From positions 25,068 to 49,067 of the forward strand of contig JANNXJ010000051.1 of assembly GCA_031409515.1 (NCBI GenBank): 24,000 nt of DNA, given 5' to 3'. Source of the DNA: Gammaproteobacteria bacterium. Its GTDB lineage: Bacteria > Pseudomonadota > Gammaproteobacteria > Steroidobacterales > GCA-2729495. Positions 6,766 through 14,045 of this stretch are shown one piece after another; within the stretch, counting starts at the first letter, position 1, and each line of letters starts with the position of its first letter. Below the pieces are notes generated by a model that ran no database searches, had not been told where the DNA came from, and saw only the letters and a list, made by a program, of their open reading frames with translations. The translations under genes and the position numbers were made by a program.

Positions 6766-7802
6766 CCCTGACCCTGCTGACCCTGAACAGGAGCCGGTGA
6801 TTCTCCAGCGTTGCTGGGACTCCGGCCGGTCCAGCGCCGGTAGGCCCGGGAAAAATTGCTCTGATCCGAGAAGCCCAGCAGGTAAGCAATTTCGGCCTGG
6901 CTGAAGCGGGCTTCCCGGAGGTACGCGTCTGCCAGGCTTCTGCGGGTCGCGTCGAGGACGCGGCGATAGTTGAGCCCCTCGGACTGGAGCTGGCGCTGCA
7001 GGGTGCTGAGGCTGCAGTTGAGGCGGGCAGCCACGGTCTCCTGGCCCACCTCGCCGGTGGGCAACAGCTCACGCAGGATGCGGCGCACCTGGGTCGCAAC
7101 GGGCTGTGGCTGCAAGTCAGCGACATAACGCTCGGCCAGTTGATCCATGAGGACGGACACGTCGGGATTGTCCGTCGGCAGGACCGCCTCGGCAGTGGCG
7201 CTATCGAGCCGCAGGCCGTTCGTTGCCGCATCGAACTCCACCGGGACACCGAACGCGGCGTGGTAGACCGCGGCGGTCGCGCGGCAAGCATGGCGGAGGG
7301 ACACGGAACGCGGTCTCACAGGATGCCCTGCTGCCCGCTCAGCAAGGGTTAACAGAGCCATCAGGGTCGCATCGATCCCCGCCTCGTGGGGCTGCTGGGC
7401 AGGATCCGGAAACGCCGCGGTGAACTGGCAGCCCGCACTGGAAGACATAACGCTGGCGGCTACGGGGAGCGTACTGAGGACCTTGATGTACCGGCAGTAG
7501 CGTTGCAGCGCGTCTGCCAGCGTGCGGCTGCTCATCCACGCGTACCCCAGTGCGTGGAGGCCCTCGGGCCGGACCCGCCGACCAACCTTCAGGCCCAGCG
7601 CCGGGTCCCCGGTGGCGGCCACAGCTTCCTCCCACAACCGCCGTGAGGCGCTTTGGGAGACCCGGGCGCCCGACTCCCGCGTACGGGCCAGGGAAATCCC
7701 CGCGGCTGCGAACAGGGGGCCTGGATCCTTCTGGTAGTCCTGATCCAGCACCTCCGCCAGATAGCGCAGGGCCGTCGCCAGGTTTGTGGCTTCCAGGAGC
7801 AT
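6753..7802 (-). CDS. AraC-family transcriptional regulator with an N-terminal AraC-type ligand-binding domain
   Basis: The C-terminal double HTH reads ...LNCSLSTLQRQLQSEGLNYRRVLDATRRSLADAYLREARFSQAEIAYLLGFSDQSNFSRAYRRWTGRSP. The N-terminal approximately 200 aa (ATALRYLAEVL...LFAAAGIS) resemble the 'arabinose-binding domain of AraC'-type sensor. The 3' end overlaps the LtaS-like gene by 13 nt in convergent orientation. Confidence 0.85.
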   Translation of the reverse strand: MLLEATNLATALRYLAEVLDQDYQKDPGPLFAAAGISLARTRESGARVSQSASRRLWEEAVAATGDPALGLKVGRRVRPEGLHALGYAWMSSRTLADALQRYCRYIKVLSTLPVAASVMSSSAGCQFTAAFPDPAQQPHEAGIDATLMALLTLAERAAGHPVRPRSVSLRHACRATAAVYHAAFGVPVEFDAATNGLRLDSATAEAVLPTDNPDVSVLMDQLAERYVADLQPQPVATQVRRILRELLPTGEVGQETVAARLNCSLSTLQRQLQSEGLNYRRVLDATRRSLADAYLREARFSQAEIAYLLGFSDQSNFSRAYRRWTGRSPSNAGESPAPVQGQQGQGQGA

Positions 7803-7835
7803 GGTCGTGGGCCATTGAATACAGGCTGACCTGAA

Positions 7836-8222
7836 ATGACAAGCCGGGGCACCTCACCGGCAGTTAGGGTGCGCGCCATGAAAATGAATGCGCTGGGCGG
7901 CACCGTGTCCCTGGTGGAAGCCGTGGATCGGGTGACCCGGGCCGTGCATATCGGCGCTCGCCTCCCGGGCTCAAAACGGCCAGCCCTCGATGCGGCGGAC
8001 CGCTCCTATCTGGGCGGCTTTATTGGCGCCCTGGTTGACGCGCTGGACCTGGACGATGGCTTCGCCGAGCTCGTGGTCTACGCCTACCTGCTGCAGGAGG
8101 GCCTGGCGGCCGATGCCGCCCGCCTGTCCAAAGTGATCCTGGTGGTCCCGGAGGTTGGGGAACTGCGCCAGGCATTTCTGCGCGGGAGGGCTGAGGCGCG
8201 GACGGTGGCGGAGCGCCAGTAG
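7836..8222 (+). CDS. Hypothetical protein with no recognisable motif
   Basis: Third-codon positions are strongly G/C-biased in this frame from about 7878 onward. The alternative start ATG at 7878 (MKMNALGG...) may be the real one. I recognise no family signature. The gene ends 8 nt before the 3' end of tRNA-Ser. Confidence 0.45.
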   Translation: MTSRGTSPAVRVRAMKMNALGGTVSLVEAVDRVTRAVHIGARLPGSKRPALDAADRSYLGGFIGALVDALDLDDGFAELVVYAYLLQEGLAADAARLSKVILVVPEVGELRQAFLRGRAEARTVAERQ

Positions 8223-8229
8223 CAACGAG

Positions 8230-8320
8230 TGGCGGAGAGGGAGGGATTCGAACCCTCGTTACGGGGTTACCGTAAACACGCTTTCCAAGCGTGCGCCTTC
8301 AGCCACTCGGCCACCTCTCC
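8230..8320 (-). tRNA. tRNA-Ser (anticodon GGA), class II with a long variable arm and encoded CCA
   Basis: The reverse complement folds as GGAGAGG-TG-GCC-GAGTGGCTGAA-GGC-G-CACGC-TTGGAAA-GCGTG-TTTACGGTAACCCCGTAAC-GAGGG-TTCGAAT-CCCTC-CCTCTCC-G-CCA. The acceptor, anticodon and T stems pair perfectly. The anticodon loop TTGGAAA gives GGA. Confidence 0.95.
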
Positions 8321-8361
8321 ATTAACTGTTTAGTCGCCTATTGTGCCGGTTATCTGCGGCG

Positions 8362-8667
8362 TTATTTGGCCGGCGGAGGCCCGGGATCCTTGCGGAAGTA
8401 GTCCGGAGGCCTTGCCAGACAGGCAGCGCCGTCAACCTGGGCGTCCGCGACCTGCGGCGGGATCACATAGCCGGACCCCCGGTTGGGGGCCGCGAGCCCG
8501 TCGGGGGTAACCACCAGCGGCAGGCTGGTGGCAAGCTGGTACTCGGACACGTCATCGCAGCGGGCGTCCGGGTTCTTGCCACCGAAACAGCCGGTCAGTC
8601 CGCCAACCAGGGCAGCCAGAACCAGGGCCCGGGACCAGCGCGCTGCCTGCAGGGCTCCGCAGGACAC
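8362..8667 (-). CDS. bamC: Small lipoprotein, probably a minimal BamC (N-terminal BamD-binding segment only)
   Basis: Lipobox LVGGLTG|C. The gene sits immediately downstream of dapA (4-nt gap), the conserved dapA-bamC(nlpB) position. YQLATSLPLVVTPDGLAAPNRGSGYVIPP resembles the E. coli BamC N-terminal region [29 protein letters not shown]. It is only 101 aa, against about 344 aa in E. coli. Confidence 0.55.
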   Translation of the reverse strand: MSCGALQAARWSRALVLAALVGGLTGCFGGKNPDARCDDVSEYQLATSLPLVVTPDGLAAPNRGSGYVIPPQVADAQVDGAACLARPPDYFRKDPGPPPAK

Positions 8668-8670
8668 TCT

Positions 8671-9588
8671 CTAGTGCTCCCGCCCAGCCGCAGCCCGGGG
8701 GACGGTGCCATCCGCCAGCAGACCGGCCCGCCGCAGGGCCGCCTCGACAGCTGGCCGGGCACCAGGACTGAGGGTCGTGAGTGGCAGCCGCAGCGCGCCT
8801 CCGCTCAGACCGAGCCGCTCGAGGGCCCATTTGACTGGAATCGGGTTGGACTCGATAAACAGATCACGATGAAGGTCCGCCAGGCAGGCATCCACCTCCG
8901 CCGCAAGCGCGGCATCACCCTCCAGGGCGGCGTCGCACATCCTGGCCATCAGGGCGGGTGCCACGTTGGCCGTGACGGAGATGACACCCTGACCACCCTG
9001 GAGAATGAACTCCCGGCACGTCGCATCGTCGCCACTCAGCAGGAGGAAATCGTCACCACAGCCCTCGCGCAACGGGGAGAGCCGGCTCAGGTCGCCGGTG
9101 GCTTCCTTGATGCCAACGATCCCGGCGTGACCCGCCACGCGGGCCACCGTCGGGGGCAGCATATCGACGCCGGTCCGTCCCGGGACGTTGTAGAGGATCA
9201 CCGGCCGGTCGACCGCGTCGGCAATGGCCAGGTAGTGACGGCAAAGTCCCTCCTGGGTCGGCTTGTTGTAGTAGGGGGTAACAACCAGATAGCCATCGAT
9301 GGGAAACGCCGCCACTGCCTGGGACAGGTCGATAGTCTGGGCCGTGGAATTGGAGCCGGTCCCTGCGACCACCGGAATCCGTCCGCCGGCCCGCTCGGCC
9401 GCGACGCGAATGACCTCGATGTGCTCGGCCCTGTTCAACGTAGCCGACTCACCGGTGGTGCCGGCGATCACCAGATAATCCGTGCCCTCCTCAATGTGCC
9501 AGTCCACCAGTCGCTGGAGGCAGGGGAAGTCCACCGCCCCGTCCGGGGTCATGGGCGTAACCAGAGCGACACTGCTGCCTGAAAACAT
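8671..9588 (-). CDS. dapA: 4-hydroxy-tetrahydrodipicolinate synthase
   Basis: MFSGSSVALVTPMTPDGAVDF...GTTGESATL...YNVPGRTG... is typical of DapA. The ORF is open up to 9687, but homology begins at the Met at 9588 (cat at 9586-9588). Confidence 0.92.
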   Translation of the reverse strand: MFSGSSVALVTPMTPDGAVDFPCLQRLVDWHIEEGTDYLVIAGTTGESATLNRAEHIEVIRVAAERAGGRIPVVAGTGSNSTAQTIDLSQAVAAFPIDGYLVVTPYYNKPTQEGLCRHYLAIADAVDRPVILYNVPGRTGVDMLPPTVARVAGHAGIVGIKEATGDLSRLSPLREGCGDDFLLLSGDDATCREFILQGGQGVISVTANVAPALMARMCDAALEGDAALAAEVDACLADLHRDLFIESNPIPVKWALERLGLSGGALRLPLTTLSPGARPAVEAALRRAGLLADGTVPRAAAGREH

Positions 9589-9722
9589 CAGAGGGAACCG
9601 GGCGGAGATCAGCCGCGAATGGTACTTCCCGACCCCCGGGGTCGCAAGGCCGAAGAGCCGGCAGAGAGGCGCTGAACCGGGCTGCAACGCGCCCCGGTAC
9701 TCACTTGCTGGTGGTCAAATTC

Positions 9723-9745
9723 CCGGTACACTTTACCGGTACACT
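9723..9745. repeat. Tandem direct repeat CCGGTACACT (13-bp period) in the dapA/gcvR divergent intergenic region. A partial third copy lies at 9694-9700.
   Basis: CCGGTACACT occurs at 9723-9732 and again at 9736-9745. CCGGTAC also occurs at 9694-9700. TTGCTG (9705-9710)-N16-TACACT (9727-9732) is a possible sigma70-like promoter facing gcvR. Confidence 0.5.
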
Positions 9746-9779
9746 GGCTATCGTTCAGCAACTCTCCCAGATCGAATTC

Positions 9780-10307
9780 ATGGAAAAGCTACTCGCGGTC
9801 ACCGCCATCGGCCCGGACCGCGCCGGTGTGGTCCGCGACCTGAGCCAGGCCGTGACCTCCGCCGGAGGCAGCATTCGGGAGAGCCGGATGATTGCTCTTG
9901 GCTCCGAGTTTGCCGTGCTGATGCTGGTGTCCGGCAACTGGCACACGGTGACCAAGCTCCAGAGTTCGTTTCAGGCATTGCAGCAACAGTCCGGCCTGAT
10001 CGTTACGGTCCGGGAAACCCGCCCCCGACCCGTTGAAACGGCCGCTCCCTACCTCGTGGATGTGGTCACACTCGACCACGACGGCATCGTGTTCGGCCTG
10101 TCGAACTTTTTTGCTTCCCGCGGACTCGAGATCGCTGAGGTCAGCACGCGCCGGTACAATGCGGCGCACACAGGGTCACTCATGTTCGGCGTACAGATGA
10201 CAGTCAACGTCCCGGGAACCGCCCATGTGGCGACGCTGCGTGACGACTTCCTTGAGTACTGCGATGAGCAGAATCTGGACGCTGTTATCGAACCGGCGCA
10301 ACGCTGA
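9780..10307 (+). CDS. gcvR: Glycine cleavage system transcriptional repressor GcvR (tandem ACT domains)
   Basis: LLAVTAIGPDRAGVVRDLSQAVTSAGGSIRESRMIALGSEFAVLMLVSGNW closely parallels E. coli GcvR (LVITALGADRPGIVNTITRHV...CNIEDSRLAMLGEEFTFIMLLSGSW). The gene is divergent from dapA and upstream of bcp, as in E. coli. The start is taken at ATG 9780, although the ORF is open from 9705. Confidence 0.85.
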   Translation: MEKLLAVTAIGPDRAGVVRDLSQAVTSAGGSIRESRMIALGSEFAVLMLVSGNWHTVTKLQSSFQALQQQSGLIVTVRETRPRPVETAAPYLVDVVTLDHDGIVFGLSNFFASRGLEIAEVSTRRYNAAHTGSLMFGVQMTVNVPGTAHVATLRDDFLEYCDEQNLDAVIEPAQR

Positions 10308-10322
10308 GGAGCTATCGAGACC

Positions 10323-10790
10323 ATGAGCACCGTCAGCCTGGGCAAGGCCGTCCCCAACTTCAGTCTGCCATCCACCGGCGGCAAGACGGTGGATCTGAAG
10401 AGCCTCCGGGGCAGCAAGGTCGTCGTCTACTTCTATCCCAGGGACAGCACCCCCGGCTGCACCACCGAAGGCTGTGACTTTGCCAGCCTCCACGCCCGGT
10501 TCCGCCGCTTGCAGACCGTGATTCTCGGTGTCTCCCGGGACTCGCTGGCCTCCCATGAAAAATTCAAGGCCAAGTTCGAATTCCCCTTTGACCTGCTCTC
10601 CGACGGGGACGAGACCCTGTGCCGGCTGTTCGACGTCATCCGGGAGAAGAACATGTACGGCAAGAAAGTGCTGGGCGTGGAGCGCAGCACCTTCCTTATC
10701 GATGCTGAGGGCAAGCTGCGCGGGGAATGGCGCAAAGTCAGCGTCAAGGGCCATGCCGCCCTGCTGCTGGCGGCAGTCGAAGCGCTCTGA
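10323..10790 (+). CDS. bcp: Thiol peroxidase / peroxiredoxin Bcp
   Basis: VVVYFYPRDSTPGCTTEG carries the peroxidatic Cys motif of the Bcp/PrxQ family. A GGAG Shine-Dalgarno lies upstream. The gcvR-bcp synteny is conserved. Confidence 0.92.
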   Translation: MSTVSLGKAVPNFSLPSTGGKTVDLKSLRGSKVVVYFYPRDSTPGCTTEGCDFASLHARFRRLQTVILGVSRDSLASHEKFKAKFEFPFDLLSDGDETLCRLFDVIREKNMYGKKVLGVERSTFLIDAEGKLRGEWRKVSVKGHAALLLAAVEAL

Positions 10791-10807
10791 GCTCCGCTGG
10801 CGGAACC

Positions 10808-12289
10808 ATGCGACGCCTTATTGCCCTGGTAGCAACCCTGTCCCTGCTCGTGCCTCCAGCGGTTCCCGCCGCAGCGGGTGACGACCTGCCGGATATCGGC
10901 AGTCCCAGCAACTCGGTTCTCTCCCGCGAGAAGGAGCAGCAGATTGGCCGCTCTATTTTCCGCAGCCTGGTCGACACCAACCGGGTAATGGAGGACCCCG
11001 AGGTCCAGGAGTATCTGCAAGATGTGGGCCTGAAGCTCGCCTCCCAGGCGCAGGACGGCGATTTCCGCTTTACCTTTTTCGTCGTTAACGACCCGGCCAT
11101 CAATGCCTTTGCCCTTCCCGGCGGCTACATCGGCGTGCACTCGGGCCTGATCCTGGCCACCACAACAGAAAGCGAACTGGCAGGAGTGCTGGCCCACGAG
11201 ATCTCCCACGTCACCCAAAGGCACATTTCCCGGGCCGTGTTTGCCAACCAGCGCAGCAGTATTCTCACCATGGCCGCCATGCTCGGGGCCATCCTGCTGG
11301 GAGCCGTAGGCGGCAGCCCCGATATCATTACCGGCGCCATAGCCACGGCCCAGGGCGTTTCGGCCCAGCAGCAGATCAACTTCACCCGCGCCAATGAGTA
11401 CGAGGCCGACCGGGTGGGCGTTGGCGTGCTGGCGGCCAGCGGTTTCGATCCCATGGGCATGCCCGCCTTTTTCGAGACGCTCGCGCGTCAGTCGGGTCCG
11501 CTGGCGAGCCAGGCCCCCGAGTTTCTGCGTACGCACCCTGTCACGGTGAATCGCATTGCCGAAACCCGGGAACGGGCGGCCAGCTACCCGCGCCCCGACG
11601 TACGGGACGCGGATGGCTATGCCGTGACCCGCGCCCGTATTCGCGTACTGTCCAGCCCCACGCCGGAGAAGGCCCTGGAGTTTTTCCTGGGTCAGCAACA
11701 GTTACCGAGATCCGCGGGGGACATTGGCACGGAATACGGTATTGCCCTGGTCCGGATGGAACTGGGCCAGTACAGGGAGGCCCGCGCCCTGTTCCAGGGC
11801 CTGCTGGCCACTAATCCGGGTGTGATTCCCTTCCACACCGGCCTCGCTGGCGCAGAACTGGCCCTTGGCAACCGGGACGCGGCCTTCGGCATCTACGAAC
11901 AGGCCATGGAACTCTTCCCCCGCAATACACCACTCACCGTGCGCTATGCCGAGGCACTTCTGGCGGCGGGCAAGAGCAAGCAGGCGCACACCATTCTTCT
12001 CGACCTGCTGAATAACGTGCCGCCCACCACGGAACAGGTGCGATTGATTGCCCTGGCAGCCAGCGCGGCCGGCGATACCGCTGATGCCTACTACTACATG
12101 GCAGAACTGCACCTCTTGAAAGGGGATGTGATCATGGCCGCCGATCAGCTGCGCGTGGCGCTGTCGACGCCGGGCCTTGATGCCGTACAGAAAGCCCGCT
12201 TTACTTCCCGGCTGGCGGAGATTCAGGAGTGGCTGGATCGGGAACAACGAGCCCGGCGCCAGCAAACCTCGGCGGGCAAACAGCAATGA
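10808..12289 (+). CDS. bepA: Beta-barrel assembly-enhancing protease BepA (M48 metalloprotease with a TPR domain)
   Basis: Signal peptide MRRLIALVATLSLLVPPAVPAAAG, then DLPDIGS, NAFALPGGYIGV and the zinc motif HEISHVTQRH. The C-terminal half is TPR-like. The ORF is open from 10727, but the signal peptide begins at ATG 10808. Confidence 0.9.
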   Translation: MRRLIALVATLSLLVPPAVPAAAGDDLPDIGSPSNSVLSREKEQQIGRSIFRSLVDTNRVMEDPEVQEYLQDVGLKLASQAQDGDFRFTFFVVNDPAINAFALPGGYIGVHSGLILATTTESELAGVLAHEISHVTQRHISRAVFANQRSSILTMAAMLGAILLGAVGGSPDIITGAIATAQGVSAQQQINFTRANEYEADRVGVGVLAASGFDPMGMPAFFETLARQSGPLASQAPEFLRTHPVTVNRIAETRERAASYPRPDVRDADGYAVTRARIRVLSSPTPEKALEFFLGQQQLPRSAGDIGTEYGIALVRMELGQYREARALFQGLLATNPGVIPFHTGLAGAELALGNRDAAFGIYEQAMELFPRNTPLTVRYAEALLAAGKSKQAHTILLDLLNNVPPTTEQVRLIALAASAAGDTADAYYYMAELHLLKGDVIMAADQLRVALSTPGLDAVQKARFTSRLAEIQEWLDREQRARRQQTSAGKQQ

Positions 12290-12300
12290 AGGAGTCGGGC

Positions 12301-13083
12301 ATGACGACACTGGGGAGGATCCTGCTGGCCGGTAGCCTTGCCCTGGCAGTCTCCGGTTGTGCCAGTCAGAGCGCTGTAGCGTCTGACGAGGCTTACGATC
12401 CGCTGCAGCCTGTAAATCGCGTGTTCTACCGTTTCAACGACCTGGGCGACCGGTACGTTCTGCGCCCGGTAGCGGTGGGTTATTCCCGCGCCCTGCCGGC
12501 GCAGATCCGGACCGGGGTACACAACTTCTTCAGCAACCTGCTGTACCCCGTCACCATTGCCAACGCTTTCCTGCAGGGCAAATTCCGGCAGTCCGGCCGG
12601 GACGGAGCGCGATTCCTGCTCAACACCACCGTCGGTCTTGGTGGTTTGTTCGATCCCGCCAGCCGCGTAGGCCTCACGGAGAACGATGAGGACTTTGGCC
12701 AGACGCTAGCCGTTTGGGGGGTCGGCAACGGGCCTTACCTGGTCATCCCGATACTCGGGCCCAGTACCCTCCGCAATACCGCGGGTGATGCGGTGGACTT
12801 ACCCCTCACGCCGTTCCTCAACGTCACTGACGGGGATCTCGGCTGGAGGCTGGGAACCTGGGCAATCTACCAGGTAGACCGGCGTTCGGGCTTCCTCGAT
12901 GCCGATGCCCAGGTCTTCGAGGCCTACGACCCCTACATATTCGTCAGGGATGCCTATCTCCAGAACCGGCGGTACCGGTCCCTGGACGGCAACGTCCCGG
13001 AGGATGATTCCTACCTGGATGAATCGGAATTCGATGATCCGGAAGACGATGCCCCGGAAACGGCAGAGCCAGCCGGGGAGTAG
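12301..13083 (+). CDS. mlaA: Outer-membrane lipoprotein MlaA (VacJ)
   Basis: A perfect AAGGAG Shine-Dalgarno lies 6 nt before ATG 12301. Lipobox LAVSG|C. DPLQPVNRVFYRFND...LYPVTIANAFLQGKF...TTVGLGGLFDPA...DFGQTLAVWGV..GPYLVIPILGPST are MlaA/VacJ hallmarks. The C-terminal tail is acidic and low-complexity. Confidence 0.9.
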   Translation: MTTLGRILLAGSLALAVSGCASQSAVASDEAYDPLQPVNRVFYRFNDLGDRYVLRPVAVGYSRALPAQIRTGVHNFFSNLLYPVTIANAFLQGKFRQSGRDGARFLLNTTVGLGGLFDPASRVGLTENDEDFGQTLAVWGVGNGPYLVIPILGPSTLRNTAGDAVDLPLTPFLNVTDGDLGWRLGTWAIYQVDRRSGFLDADAQVFEAYDPYIFVRDAYLQNRRYRSLDGNVPEDDSYLDESEFDDPEDDAPETAEPAGE

Positions 13084-13376
13084 GAGTCGGTCAGCATCGC
13101 CTCGACACCGCTCAGACGGGCAATGGCCAGCAACTTGGCAGGCATCCCCTGGAAAGTGACGGTGCACTGCTGCGCCCGACCCTGACGAAGCCATTCCAGC
13201 AGCAAAGCCAGGCAGGCGCTGTCAACGCTGGTGACCTCCTGCAGATTAACAATTACGGCCTTCTGACCAGCAAACAGCGACTTACCCGACTCGAGCAACC
13301 CGCCCGCGGTGGCAAACGTCACCGGGCCACTGACCGCGATTTGCCCTGCTCCCAACGACGCAAGAGAAGGAGCCAT
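13011..13376 (-). CDS. mlaB: STAS-domain protein MlaB
   Basis: GQIAVSGPVTFATAG...VNLQEVTSVDSACLALLLEW...FQGMPAKLLAIARLSGVEAML is a STAS/anti-sigma-antagonist fold pattern, and the gene is last in the mla operon. ATG 13376 has a GAAGGA Shine-Dalgarno 6 nt upstream. GTG 13394, overlapping the mlaC stop, is an alternative start. A 25-aa Ser/Gly-rich tail extends antisense into mlaA. Confidence 0.75.
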   Translation of the reverse strand: MAPSLASLGAGQIAVSGPVTFATAGGLLESGKSLFAGQKAVIVNLQEVTSVDSACLALLLEWLRQGRAQQCTVTFQGMPAKLLAIARLSGVEAMLTDSYSPAGSAVSGASSSGSSNSDSSR

Positions 13377-13390
13377 CAGGTGTCCTTCGG

Positions 13391-14032
13391 TCACTTACCA
13401 CCCGCACCGGGTGCATTCGTCGTCACCTTGGCCGCATCCGACTTGAGTCGGGCAATCACCGCGTCGATACCCTTGGCGCTGATCTCTGCGTTGAACTGGT
13501 TACGGTAGTTCTGCACGTAGGAGATACCCTCAATGCGGACATCGAAAGCGCGCCAGCCCTTGGGGGTCTGATGCAGGGAGTAGTAAACCGGCAGCTTCGT
13601 CCCGTCCGCCAGCTGCATTTCCGTCTTCACGACAGTCCGCTTCGGATCCGGCGCTTCACCGGCATCCGGCAGAAACCCGACCTTGTCCTTCTCAAAGCGC
13701 AGTACGTACCGTGCATAGCTGCGGAGCAGGAAATCATAGAACGTATCAATGAACTCCTGGCGCTGGGCCGGCGTGGCCGTGCGCCAGTGTTTACCCAGCA
13801 CCAGACGCCCGGAGTAATCGGTGTCGAAGACGGGCAGGAAGACGTCACCAACCAGCTTGTACAGCTCAACCGGGTTCGCTGCGAGCTCCTGCTGTCGGCC
13901 TGCAATACGCGCCGTCAGGGTGTCCGCCGTCTCGCGCACAACCTGACCTGGCGTCCGCTCATCGGCCGCGTGGGCTGCAGGGGCGATGAGCCCGGCAAGC
14001 AGGCTTAGAGTCAGGGCAGCAAAAATACGCAT
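13391..14032 (-). CDS. mlaC: Periplasmic phospholipid-binding protein MlaC (Ttg2D family)
   Basis: Signal peptide MRIFAALTLSLLAGLIAPAAHA, then ...LVGDVFLPVFDTDYSGRLVLGKHWRTATPAQRQEFIDTFYDFLLRSYA...WRAFDVRIEGISYVQNYRNQF, which is typical of MlaC. The start is taken at Met 14032 (the ORF is open to 14074). Confidence 0.9.
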   Translation of the reverse strand: MRIFAALTLSLLAGLIAPAAHAADERTPGQVVRETADTLTARIAGRQQELAANPVELYKLVGDVFLPVFDTDYSGRLVLGKHWRTATPAQRQEFIDTFYDFLLRSYARYVLRFEKDKVGFLPDAGEAPDPKRTVVKTEMQLADGTKLPVYYSLHQTPKGWRAFDVRIEGISYVQNYRNQFNAEISAKGIDAVIARLKSDAAKVTTNAPGAGGK

Positions 14033-14045
14033 AGGAAAACTCCGC

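Noticed and set aside
7339-7903. Minus-strand ORFs 7339-7857 and 7589-7903, and several plus-strand ORFs overlapping the AraC gene
   Set aside because: These are alternative frames of the AraC regulator locus. Only frame 6753-7802 yields the AraC HTH signature.
1133-8229. tRNA-Ser-associated genomic island or integrative element
   Set aside because: I see no integrase, transposase or conjugation gene and no copy of the tRNA 3' end within the window. The GC richness looks uniform by eye. It is kept only as a boundary observation, not called a mobile element.
8341-9582. 413-aa plus-strand ORF
   Set aside because: It is antisense to dapA and the BamC-like gene. Its composition is low-complexity (R/G/P/Q-rich) and shows no family signature.
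9589-9687. 33-codon N-terminal extension of the dapA ORF
   Set aside because: DapA homology starts at MFSGSSVALVTPM (Met at 9588). The extension (MQPGSAPLCRLFGLATPGVGKYHSRLISARFPL) has no counterpart in DapA proteins.
10433-11698. 421-aa minus-strand ORF
   Set aside because: It is antisense to bcp and bepA, both of which carry unambiguous catalytic motifs (PGCT, HEISH). It is a spurious GC-rich antisense frame.
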